A stretch of DNA of 64,000 nucleotides from Candidatus Hydrogenedentota bacterium. GTDB taxonomy: Bacteria > Hydrogenedentota > Hydrogenedentia > Hydrogenedentales > JAEUWI01. Position numbers and translations under genes: made by a program. The DNA lies in assembly GCA_034669905.1 (NCBI GenBank), contig JAXMOL010000003.1, positions 64,001 through 128,000 on the forward strand, in the 5' to 3' direction. Shown piece after piece: positions 37,709 through 46,854 of this stretch. Position 1 is the first letter of the stretch. The number at the start of each line of letters is the position of its first letter. Below the pieces are notes generated by a model, which was not told the DNA's origin, did not search any database, and was given only the letters and a program-made list of their open reading frames with translations.

Positions 37709-37873
37709 TTGCCCATCGGGTGGCAGGCGCCGTGCCTGTCACCAGATTTATACAATACCCCAATTTGGACAGGGTGGTTGCCGTAGCGGCCCGCCTTGGC
37801 TGTACACAAGCAGGTGCATACCCGTCAACGGAGTCCATGACCTGCGTAAAGCCTAACGAAGGGAGTTAGCACC

Positions 37874-38419
37874 ATGAAAATCATCTTGTGTGATGATGTC
37901 GATAATCTGGGAGAAATGGGTGAAACGGTAACCGTCGCCGATGGTTACGCCCGTAATTTCCTCATTCCCCGCCGTCTTGCCGTACGCGCCGATTCCGCCA
38001 GTGCCAAGCAGATTGAGCACGAGCTGGCGATCATCAAGCGTCGCGAAGAGAAGCGTCGCGCCGAGCAGGCCAAAGTGGCCAAGAAGCTCGAGAAGCTTAC
38101 GGTCGAGATTCAGGTACGCGCCGGCGAAGGCGACAAGATCTTCGGTTCGGTTACGACCGGTCATATTGCCGAGAAGCTTGCCGAAATGGGCCACGAAATC
38201 AACCGGAAGTCCATTCAGTTGGCCGAGCCCATCAAGACGCTGGGAATTTTCAAGGTTACCGTGAAGTTCCCCGGCAGCATTGAAGCCCAGCTCAAGGTGT
38301 GGGTAACGGGTATCGAAGATCCCAACAAGAAGGCCGCTGAAGCGGAAGCCGCCGAAGCAGCGCCGGAATCGGAAGAAGCCCCTGCAGCGGAAGTTGCGGC
38401 TGAGGCTGCTGCCGAATAA
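37874..38419 (+). CDS. rplI: 50S ribosomal protein L9
   Basis: MKIIL..LG..GE.V.VADGYARNFLIP and KIFGSVT. Confidence 0.96.
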   Translation: MKIILCDDVDNLGEMGETVTVADGYARNFLIPRRLAVRADSASAKQIEHELAIIKRREEKRRAEQAKVAKKLEKLTVEIQVRAGEGDKIFGSVTTGHIAEKLAEMGHEINRKSIQLAEPIKTLGIFKVTVKFPGSIEAQLKVWVTGIEDPNKKAAEAEAAEAAPESEEAPAAEVAAEAAAE

Positions 38420-39865
38420 GTGGCCGTGCGCGAGCAAGCAAAGCCCGTATTTGATCGTACGCCGCCCCAACACGTGGAAGCGGAACGCTCGGTGCTGGGC
38501 TCCATGTTATTGAATCCAGATGCAGTAGGTACGGCGGTGGAAATCCTTCAGGATGACCCCGCCGATATCTTTTATGTGGATGCACATCAGCACATTTTCT
38601 CGGGCATCTTAAGTCTTGCCCGGGAAAATGTGCCGATTGATATGGTGACGTTGACCGAGGCGCTCACGCGCAACGGTGACCTGGAAAAATCCGGCGGCGT
38701 TTCCTATATCGCGGAATTGACGGATGCCGTGCCCACCTCGGCCAACGTCGAATACTACGCCAAGATTGTGCTGGAAGCGGCCCTCCGCCGTAAGCTCATT
38801 ACCATCTGCACCAATTGCGCGGGCGAAGCCTATAAGTCGGAAGGGGAGGTCGATGACCTCCTGGATCAGGCCGAATCGGCTATCTTCGGCATCGCCCAGC
38901 AGCGCCAGCTGAACCCCATCCACAAAGTGGCCGATTTGCTGCAGGATGGTATCAAGCGCATCGAAGAGCAGATGAAGAATGACGGGGGTATCACCGGCGT
39001 ACCCACGGGATTTCATAAACTCGACGAGATGCTCTCTGGCCTTCAGCCCTCTGATATGATCATCCTGGCGGCCCGGCCCTCGGTGGGTAAGACCGCCTTT
39101 TGTCTGAATGTCGCCGCCAACGCGGCCAATCTCCACCAGAAAGGCGTCTTGCTCTTCAGTCTTGAGATGGCCAAAGAGCAATTGGTCCAACGTCTGCTCT
39201 GTATGGTGGGCCAGGTAGACAGTGCCCGCCTCCGCTCAGGGTTCCTTGCGCGGGCGGAGTTTCCCAAGTTGCAGCAGGCGGCCGATACCCTGGCAAAAGC
39301 CCACATCTATATCGACGATACGCCCAATATCAGCGTGCTGGAATTGCGCTCCAAGGCGCGTAAACATGCCCAGCAGCACCCCCTGAACCTCTTGATTATC
39401 GATTACCTCCAGCTTATGTCGGGCTCATCACGCTCGGAAAGCCGGCAGGTCGAAATCTCGGAGATTTCCCGGGCTATCAAGGGGCTTGCCCGTGAATTGT
39501 CCTGCCCGGTCATCGCCCTTTCCCAGCTCAGCCGGGAAGCGGAAAAAGATGATGGCGGAACCCCCAAACTTTCCCACCTGCGTGAGTCCGGCGCCATCGA
39601 GCAGGACGCCGACGTGGTGATGATGCTTTCCCGACTGGGTGCGGGCGAGTCGGAAGGCCGGGAAAACGTTATTCGGCTGACCATTGCCAAACAGCGTAAC
39701 GGCCCCACCGGCCCGGTGGAACTGCTGTTCGAAAAGAATATCCAGCGCTTCAAGAATCTGGGTGACGATGGCGGCGCCGCACCCGGTGAGCCGCCCCAGT
39801 ATCAGCCCTTTGATGAAGATTACGCGGTAGAAGAGTACTACGAAGAAGACGATACACCATTCTAA
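38420..39865 (+). CDS. dnaB: Replicative DNA helicase
   Basis: AERSVLG, AARPSVGKT, FSLEM, DYLQL, LRESGAIEQDAD and KQRNGP motifs; no intein. Confidence 0.96.
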   Translation: MAVREQAKPVFDRTPPQHVEAERSVLGSMLLNPDAVGTAVEILQDDPADIFYVDAHQHIFSGILSLARENVPIDMVTLTEALTRNGDLEKSGGVSYIAELTDAVPTSANVEYYAKIVLEAALRRKLITICTNCAGEAYKSEGEVDDLLDQAESAIFGIAQQRQLNPIHKVADLLQDGIKRIEEQMKNDGGITGVPTGFHKLDEMLSGLQPSDMIILAARPSVGKTAFCLNVAANAANLHQKGVLLFSLEMAKEQLVQRLLCMVGQVDSARLRSGFLARAEFPKLQQAADTLAKAHIYIDDTPNISVLELRSKARKHAQQHPLNLLIIDYLQLMSGSSRSESRQVEISEISRAIKGLARELSCPVIALSQLSREAEKDDGGTPKLSHLRESGAIEQDADVVMMLSRLGAGESEGRENVIRLTIAKQRNGPTGPVELLFEKNIQRFKNLGDDGGAAPGEPPQYQPFDEDYAVEEYYEEDDTPF

Positions 39866-40023
39866 TGGTCTTCTGAATATGATATGATCACGCTTTCATG
39901 AATTCCGCTGGATGGCCGTAATGCGCATGGCCCCGGTGAGATAAGAGAAGCCCCTTAACGACACCGGTGCACCAGAGTTGTGCACGCCTTTTTGATACCC
40001 CCATTCGGGGTAGGAGTTACGAC

Positions 40024-40893
40024 ATGTTCCAGGGTTCGTTCCCCGCACTGATTACCCCGTTCGGAGATGATTTCGAGATCGACTTCGATGCCTACGGACG
40101 CCTCATCGATTTTCATCTGGAGAACGGTACCGACGGTATCGTCCCCTGCGGGTGCTCTGGCGAAGCCGCCACCCTTTCCCATGATGAGCAAAAGAAACTC
40201 ATCCGCTTTGCCGTCGAGCGGGTCGCGGGTAAAATCCCGGTCGTCGCCGGCACGGGCTCCAACAATACCAAAGAAGCCGTCGGCCTCACGCGCTATGCCA
40301 AGGAAGTGGGTTGTGACGGCGCGCTGCTGATTACCCCCTACTACAACAAGCCCACGCCGGCCGGACAGATCGCCCACTACACCACGGTGGCCGAAGAAAC
40401 CGGTATCCCCATCATGCTCTACAATGTGCCCGGCCGGACGGGCACCAAGATCAGTCCCGAAACCATTGCGGCCCTGAGCAAGGTGCCCAATATTGTCTCG
40501 GTCAAGGAAGCCTGTGGCAGTGTCGATCAGGTGTCCCAGATCCTGGGGCAATGCGACATCAACGTCATGTCGGGCGACGACAGCCTTACCCTGCCCATGA
40601 TGGTGGTGGGGGCCAAGGGCGTCGTGTCGGTGGCTGCGAATGTGATTCCCGGCATCATGTCGGAGTTGTGCGCCGCGGCCAACGCTGGCGACTACGACAA
40701 GGCCCGGGAGCTGCACTACAAGATTCTGCCGTTGACGAGCGCCTTGTTCTTTGAGACCAACCCCATGCCGGTCAAGGCGGCCCTCGCAAAGATGGGCATG
40801 ATTAAGAATACGCTTCGCCTGCCCCTCGTGCCCATGACCGAGGAATCGGCCAGTCGACTTGACCCGGTCCTGAAGGATCTGGGGCTTATCTAG
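40024..40893 (+). CDS. dapA: 4-hydroxy-tetrahydrodipicolinate synthase
   Basis: ALITPF, PYYNKP, LYNVPGRT, VKEA, SGDD and ETNPMPVK motifs. Confidence 0.88.
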   Translation: MFQGSFPALITPFGDDFEIDFDAYGRLIDFHLENGTDGIVPCGCSGEAATLSHDEQKKLIRFAVERVAGKIPVVAGTGSNNTKEAVGLTRYAKEVGCDGALLITPYYNKPTPAGQIAHYTTVAEETGIPIMLYNVPGRTGTKISPETIAALSKVPNIVSVKEACGSVDQVSQILGQCDINVMSGDDSLTLPMMVVGAKGVVSVAANVIPGIMSELCAAANAGDYDKARELHYKILPLTSALFFETNPMPVKAALAKMGMIKNTLRLPLVPMTEESASRLDPVLKDLGLI

Positions 40894-40913
40894 ATATTTC
40901 ACATCGTTGTTTC

Positions 40914-40944
40914 AGGGCTATCGCTTCGGCGGTAGCCTTTTTTT
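40914..40944 (+). terminator. Intrinsic terminator after dapA
   Basis: AGGGCTATCGC-TTCG-GCGGTAGCCT hairpin (C-UUCG-G loop) followed by a T-run. Confidence 0.85.
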
Positions 40945-41009
40945 GTCCATGGGCAATAAATAGGTACCAACAAGAACTCCCTCCGCACACACGAACTAGA
41001 CCCAACAGT

Positions 41010-41169
41010 CGTGCCGCCCGATCCGGTATTCCCGGTTCGTGCGCGGGTCGGGAAATACCACCAGGTCACTAGATGGGGGGCTCGGTCCGTGCCAAAGGCA
41101 TTGCTCTATTTTCCCAATGACATCCCACAGCCCCTTCGCACGAACTGGAGTACCAGATCGCGCGGCACG
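41010..41169. repeat. Repeat family A inverted pair
   Basis: CGTGCCGCCCGATCCGGTATTCCCGGTTCGTGC (41010-41042) vs the reverse complement of 41138-41169 (CGTGCCGCGCGATCTGGTACTCCAGTTCGTGC). Confidence 0.75.
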
Positions 41170-41204
41170 GCAGCACGCGAATTCTCCAAAACATGGACAC
41201 ACGA

Positions 41205-42683
41205 TTACCGCTCGTTCCAGACCAGTTGAGACACCAGCTCCGGTTTGTTGCGGACGGCCCAGAGTTTCAAGAGTTCCATCGACAGCGTGTCGCCCCGGGT
41301 GATCGATTCGTAGTGATCATGTTGCGCGCTCGCGCGGGGCAGGGGACCACCGTCGAAGAATATCCGCAAGGCTTCCTCCGCGAAGTAGTCGGCGCGCTCA
41401 AGGTAGCGGGGGTCTTTCTCCAGCAGGTAGACGCCAATCATTAATTCCATGGCATCGGCCAGGGCACCGGAGTAAAGGGGAATCGACGTGTCCGGCGCGG
41501 AATCCAGATAGCGATTGGCCGCTGCGATGGCGAGGCTCTTATACCCTTCTAAGGGACGTTGGGCATAGCGCAGGAGACAATAATTGGCGATTTGGGCATC
41601 GGTCGCCTCACCATAGCCCGTGGCCCACGGACGTGTAAAGGAGGTGCCCTTTAGCGTGTCGATGGCGGCCACCTTGGCGAAGCCCTTGCCGCCAGCGCTC
41701 AGGTCGTGGTCCAGGTTGAGATACGTGGCATCCACGTTCTCCGCGCAGGTGCGCATAAACTTCGCCGTCTCTTCCGGAACCCACCGTGCCCCATCGGTGA
41801 GGTCAATGGCCAGGGAGAGATTGCTGGAGGGCCATATGGTCGTACCCTTGGTGCGCTTTGCACTCTCGGCGGGAAGGGCACCCGTTACCGGATGGCGCCG
41901 CCCTTCGAAATAGCCTACCAGGGTCTGGATGTAGTCGAGAAACTGCGGGTCTTTGGTGTGGCGATAGGCCTCGGCCCACGTGGCGAGATAGAACCCGCCA
42001 TGGCGGGGATACTCTGAGTCGGTGCCTGTCCTATGTGCGGCAAATCCCCCATGGCGGGAAAAGGCCCCCGTTTCGTGGTCGCCAATCTGGTGTGCCCACA
42101 GGGCATGGGCATAGCGCGCCGTGGCATCGGGCGCGAGGGAAAAACTCTGGGGCCACAGGACCCAGGGCCTGAAGTACTCGTGGGTACCGATGTCGCCGCC
42201 ACTGGCCAGAAAGGGCTGCTCTTCTCGAAAGTCCCAGGACAGATGTTCGCCCCACGCCAGGAAATGGGTGTCCGGATTCACCGCATGGGTAAAAAACCAC
42301 TGGAGTGCACGGTCGGCCGCCTGGTGATAACTGGCTTCGCCCGACAGGGCGCTCAGGGCATACAGAATCTGATAGAGGTTTTGATCGTGCATGGGATTCG
42401 CACCCGTCAGGGCACGGTCGTGATTGCGAATGCCCCACTCCTCCTTGGGAATGGCCCGGACCCGTTCCAGGGCATCCCCTTCCAGCAAGGAGAAGGTGTG
42501 GCGATCCAACGCGGCGGCGAAGAGGGGCGACGGCCTTTCACCATAACGATCTCTACCCGCATACATCATTGTGTTGGCATAGGCCCGGGCCACAGCAAGC
42601 AGACGCTCATCGAGGCTCGGGGCCTGTGCCTGTGCGCCTGAGGCCAGAAGGGTTGCCGAGAGTAAGAGGAGTAGAAGCCGCAT
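41205..42683 (-). CDS. Secreted alpha/alpha-barrel protein resembling polysaccharide lyase family 2 (pectate lyase-like)
   Basis: Signal peptide; GRDRYG..SPLF, QNLYQILYALSALSG..Y and LAWGEH recall the PL2 N-terminal half. Confidence 0.55.
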   Translation of the reverse strand: MRLLLLLLSATLLASGAQAQAPSLDERLLAVARAYANTMMYAGRDRYGERPSPLFAAALDRHTFSLLEGDALERVRAIPKEEWGIRNHDRALTGANPMHDQNLYQILYALSALSGEASYHQAADRALQWFFTHAVNPDTHFLAWGEHLSWDFREEQPFLASGGDIGTHEYFRPWVLWPQSFSLAPDATARYAHALWAHQIGDHETGAFSRHGGFAAHRTGTDSEYPRHGGFYLATWAEAYRHTKDPQFLDYIQTLVGYFEGRRHPVTGALPAESAKRTKGTTIWPSSNLSLAIDLTDGARWVPEETAKFMRTCAENVDATYLNLDHDLSAGGKGFAKVAAIDTLKGTSFTRPWATGYGEATDAQIANYCLLRYAQRPLEGYKSLAIAAANRYLDSAPDTSIPLYSGALADAMELMIGVYLLEKDPRYLERADYFAEEALRIFFDGGPLPRASAQHDHYESITRGDTLSMELLKLWAVRNKPELVSQLVWNER

Positions 42684-42801
42684 GCTGTTTCCTTTTTTCG
42701 TTGGGCTGAGGTGGGCGTGTTTCGAAGAAGTGCCTGCACCGCATAAGGATTGCACCATAGTAGACGGTACGCGGTCAATCCCCATGGAATAACTAATAGA
42801 A

Positions 42802-42834
42802 GTACTTGACAGAACAAAGTACATGGTGTAATCT
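42802..42834 (+). promoter_or_regulatory. sigma70 promoter with an overlapping palindromic operator
   Basis: TTGACA (42806)-17 nt-TAATCT; GTACTT-N9-AAGTAC inverted repeat over the -35. Confidence 0.6.
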
Positions 42835-42858
42835 TGGGGTATAGAAGGAGAACGTGCC

Positions 42859-44628
42859 ATGAGTGATGCGACGACCCCCGATGCGACGGCAGTGCCTGCC
42901 ATTCCCAAAGCCCCCCGAGCGCTTCCCCAAACCCTTCCGCCTTTGGCGACCCATGCCACCTTTCCGCTGTTTAGTGCGGCAATTCTGACGGGGGCGGTGG
43001 GGAATACCCTTGTTTTTCCTGCCTATCTTGGCCTCGGGGCGACGGTGTGGTGCGTGGCCGTGCTCATGGTGATGGCGTGGTTTCAGCACCGCGAGAAAGA
43101 AAAGACGCTCCGTTCCGCATTGGGCATCTATGGCCTGGCCCTTGTTGCGGCGGCCTGCCTGGCCTGGCGTGATGCCCCCTTCCTGCGCTACGGAAGTGTG
43201 GCCCTGTTTCTCTTCTGTGTCATGTGGATACAATGGATCCACGCGGGCGTTCGGCTGCGCAAGCTCCCTATTGCCCAATTCTTCGTTCACCTCGGTGGTG
43301 CGCTGCAGGCGTGGGGTATAGTGCTCTGGACCCAGTGCGGCATGGCGCGCTTTGGTGCGCCCAAGGTGCCCCGTGAATTGATTCAGCCTGTCATGCGGGG
43401 TGTGGTGATGGCGGCCGTGCTGCTCGTGGTCTTCGGCGGCCTGCTGGGGAAAGCCGATGCCCGCTTCAGTGCCTTCCTCGAAGGTTTTATCGCCCGGGAC
43501 TGGGCTACCTGGTTGAGCCGCATCTTCTGGTTCACCATCTTCACGGGCCTGTCCATTGTTATGCTTTCCTGCCGTGCGCGATTGAATAAATACTGGGCGC
43601 CCGGAGCGGAGGCATGGACCAAGGCCTTCCAGGAAAAGACGAAATCCCTCGTGGCCGTTGAATTGCTCATCCCCATGGCGGCGTTGAATGTCTTGTTTGC
43701 CGCCTTCGTGCTGACTCAGCTCAGCTATCTATTCGGTGGGGATCTCTACGTCCAGGAAGAAGTCGGTGCGACCTATGCCCAGTATGCCCGCCGGGGCTTT
43801 TTCGAATTGGCCCTGGTGGCGGCCCTCATCCTGCCCATGCAACTCCTCTTCGATGCCTGGCTGAGTAAAGCCTCACCCCTGTCCCGCCGTTGGTTTCAGG
43901 TGATGGGCGCCATTCAAAGTGGACTGCTGCTTTGCATCCTCGCCTCGGCCGCCCACCGAATGGCCCTCTACCTCGGGGTCTATGGTATGACCCAGCTGCG
44001 CTTCTATGCGAGCGCGGGTATCCTGTGGATAGGACTCACTATCCTGTGGCACATGGCGACGGTGCTGCGGAATCATCGCGAGCGTTTCATCCTGGGCGCG
44101 CTGACTTCGGCCATCACCTTGTTTCTTGCGGTACAGGCCATCAACCCCGACGGCCTCATTGCCCGCATCAATATCTTGCGGATTGCGGGCGACCAGACGG
44201 AACGTATGCTCAGCGTCGCTCCAGGGAGCAATGGACTCGAAAGCTATCGCGCCAAGAAGAGTTCCGCGCCCTTCCAGCTCGATATCTCCTATCTCCAGAC
44301 CCTCAGCACCGATGCCATCCCTGCTATCAAGGCCGGCCAGGAATATATGACGCCCAACGACCGGGCGGCCATTCATGAATACCTCGTGGGCTTCGATGGC
44401 TTCGCCGACGATGCCCGGGTGCGTACCTGGAGCTGGAGCCGCTGGACCGCATCGAAGGCCACGGAGGGGCTGGTAAGCGCCGTGTCGGGACGGGTAGAAG
44501 ATCCTTCGGTTTTGCGTGAAGACTACTTCGCCGCTTCCAGGCAGGCATCCATCCATCCCCGGAAGGTGTATTCGGGTGAGGGCATTGCGTCTCGCGGGAG
44601 GCAGGCCAGCTCGGCGGGAGCGCGATAG
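42859..44628 (+). CDS. DUF4153/DUF4173 family membrane protein
   Basis: AD.RF, QLSYLFGG, YAQYARRGFFEL, YGMTQLR and YL..LSTDA motifs. Confidence 0.8.
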   Translation: MSDATTPDATAVPAIPKAPRALPQTLPPLATHATFPLFSAAILTGAVGNTLVFPAYLGLGATVWCVAVLMVMAWFQHREKEKTLRSALGIYGLALVAAACLAWRDAPFLRYGSVALFLFCVMWIQWIHAGVRLRKLPIAQFFVHLGGALQAWGIVLWTQCGMARFGAPKVPRELIQPVMRGVVMAAVLLVVFGGLLGKADARFSAFLEGFIARDWATWLSRIFWFTIFTGLSIVMLSCRARLNKYWAPGAEAWTKAFQEKTKSLVAVELLIPMAALNVLFAAFVLTQLSYLFGGDLYVQEEVGATYAQYARRGFFELALVAALILPMQLLFDAWLSKASPLSRRWFQVMGAIQSGLLLCILASAAHRMALYLGVYGMTQLRFYASAGILWIGLTILWHMATVLRNHRERFILGALTSAITLFLAVQAINPDGLIARINILRIAGDQTERMLSVAPGSNGLESYRAKKSSAPFQLDISYLQTLSTDAIPAIKAGQEYMTPNDRAAIHEYLVGFDGFADDARVRTWSWSRWTASKATEGLVSAVSGRVEDPSVLREDYFAASRQASIHPRKVYSGEGIASRGRQASSAGAR

Positions 44629-46697
44629 ATGGCGTTCACCTCGACTACGGTAGTACCCCGTTCCCGGGCTTCCGTGGCGTAGAGCCCTTCGATTTTCTGC
44701 CCCTGTGCATCGACCCACGCGCCGTAGTTGGTAGTGGTAAAGGACCTGGCCGAGACGTCAGCCTCCAGCTCCTCGGCCATCCACCGCACGGCCTTGGGTG
44801 TGAGGAAGTAGGGGCGGTGGCATCCGTCGGTGACAAAGGCGGACTCGAGGGTATGGGGAATGCCCGCCTTTTCGAGGCGCACCTTCGCCGAAGCGATTCC
44901 GGTCTCGATACCCTCCTGCAATGCGGCCCCGCCATGGTCCGGGTCGATGATGGTGTCCGACGTGCCACTGAGAAAGAGGGTGGCCGCGTGGGGTGCGAGG
45001 AGGGCGGTCATCTCGCCAAAGTCCATCATGGCGGAAAAATCCTGATAGGGCACGAGGGTGCAGGCCTTTCCATAGACAGCCAGACTGGGAATGAAGCCCC
45101 AGCCGGAAATGACAGCACCCCTAATGCGCGGGTCGAGGATGGCCAGACTTCCGGCACTCGCACCGCCCAGCGAATAGCCCACCACGCCAATGCGGTCGCC
45201 GTCCACTTCACGGCGACTTTCAAGGTAGTCCACCCCCCGCATCAAATCCCACACGAGCTTCCCGAGCACAGAGCGCTGCATCTGCTCCGTCATGAAGGCG
45301 GCGCGCGCCTCTTTGGGAAGGTGGTAGAGGTCGTGGCCCCGCGCCCCCATCTTTCGCTCCACGTGCCGCTCTTCTTCGCCGATGGTATCCACCACGAGGG
45401 TGGCGAAGCCATAGGTGGCATAGAGCTGTCCCGCGTATTGGGCGTAGAGGGCCGACTTGGAGCCGCCATGGCCACAGGCCACCACGACGGCGGGCGCTGG
45501 CTGTGGGCTCTCGGGCAGATAGAGCAAGGCCGTTACCCGGGAGCCTGGCTCACTGGCGTAGGTGATCGACTCGATGGTGTAGCCCTTGCCCGGTGTCGTG
45601 CGATGGGTTTCGGGGGCGAGGGGGACCCGTGTTTCCGGAAGGGTCAGGGCCTCGGCCATTTGCTTACGGAGCGCCGCCGCCCGCGCTGGCCAAGCCATTC
45701 GTTCCGATGCAGGGCCGTCCCAACGCGCGGTGCCGATGGCGAAATACTTGTTGACGAAGGGCGGTGCTTTTCGCGAGGCATACCAGATGCGCCACGAGCC
45801 ATCCTCCAATTTCATGACCGACTGACTGGTCGTGTAGTGGGACTCCCAGGGCCGTGAGGGGTCGGGGGTGAGCACGGGGTTGTTGGGGGCCTTGGTCCAA
45901 TGCACCCCATCGGTGCTCGTGGCGGTGCCAATGGCCGTGGTGCTTTCCCGATCGCGCCAGTAGGCCCCATACCACATGATCCACGTGTCGCCGTGCTTGA
46001 TAACGGCTGGATAGAAGAGGCGATTCTTTTCCCAGGGCTGGTCAATGACGATGCACGGCGTCTCTGTCTTCGCCCAGGTACGTCCGTCGGGACTTTGCGC
46101 GTGGCGAACGACCCACGGGTCGGCGGAGACGTCGCTATACCACATATGATAGAGGTTGCCCTCTTTCATGATGGTGGGCGCATAGATGCCATCAAACTGG
46201 GCCGACGAGGGGGCCGACCAGGTGATGCCATCCTCGCTGGTGGCTTCGTGGAGGGTGTGGGCACCCGTGCCGCGGACGAAATCGGTGGCCGCAAACCAGA
46301 GGCGAAGCTTGCCGTTTTCGCGGAGCACCGACCCGTTGGGATTGCGCAGCAGGGTGGGGGTGAGGATGGAGTGCTTCCCGTCGCCAAAGGAAAAGATGGG
46401 CTCGGGGTCTTTGGTGAAGTGGATGCCGTCCGTGCTGGTGGCCCGCCCCATCTGGAACACGCGATTCGCCACGTCGTTCGTCGAGCCGCTGTAGTAGAGG
46501 GTGAAGAGGCCCTTCTCTTCCATGACACAGGGCGCGAAAAGGTGGGTGTCATCGAAGGCACCCGGCTCACCCAGCGAGATGACGGGGCCGTCGGAATCCC
46601 GTACCCACATCTGCTCATGGAGTGGGGAAGCAAGGACGTTGGTGGCGAGAATCAACAGCAGGGCAAACGGGACAGCGGCGCGATAGAGAGCGAGCAC
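44523..46697 (-). CDS. Secreted five-bladed beta-propeller glycosidase-like domain fused to an alpha/beta hydrolase (esterase)
   Basis: Repeated ATSxDGxxW propeller motifs; CGHGG, DLMRGVDYL and GYSLGG nucleophile elbow; GTG start after AAAGGA. Confidence 0.75.
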   Translation of the reverse strand: MLALYRAAVPFALLLILATNVLASPLHEQMWVRDSDGPVISLGEPGAFDDTHLFAPCVMEEKGLFTLYYSGSTNDVANRVFQMGRATSTDGIHFTKDPEPIFSFGDGKHSILTPTLLRNPNGSVLRENGKLRLWFAATDFVRGTGAHTLHEATSEDGITWSAPSSAQFDGIYAPTIMKEGNLYHMWYSDVSADPWVVRHAQSPDGRTWAKTETPCIVIDQPWEKNRLFYPAVIKHGDTWIMWYGAYWRDRESTTAIGTATSTDGVHWTKAPNNPVLTPDPSRPWESHYTTSQSVMKLEDGSWRIWYASRKAPPFVNKYFAIGTARWDGPASERMAWPARAAALRKQMAEALTLPETRVPLAPETHRTTPGKGYTIESITYASEPGSRVTALLYLPESPQPAPAVVVACGHGGSKSALYAQYAGQLYATYGFATLVVDTIGEEERHVERKMGARGHDLYHLPKEARAAFMTEQMQRSVLGKLVWDLMRGVDYLESRREVDGDRIGVVGYSLGGASAGSLAILDPRIRGAVISGWGFIPSLAVYGKACTLVPYQDFSAMMDFGEMTALLAPHAATLFLSGTSDTIIDPDHGGAALQEGIETGIASAKVRLEKAGIPHTLESAFVTDGCHRPYFLTPKAVRWMAEELEADVSARSFTTTNYGAWVDAQGQKIEGLYATEARERGTTVVEVNAIYRAPAELACLPRDAMPSPEYTFRGWMDACLEAAK

Positions 46698-46854
46698 GAT
46701 AATTCCTTTCCGAGTTGGCTCTCCGTTATACACCAAGCGTGGTATGGGGGTGCAATGCGGGAAGGATAGAGGGGTAGGAATTCCGCGTCGACACTTCACC
46801 CGTAAAGCCACTCGTACCTCGTGTCTGTAAGGGTGGCACCCTTGATGTCGTCGC

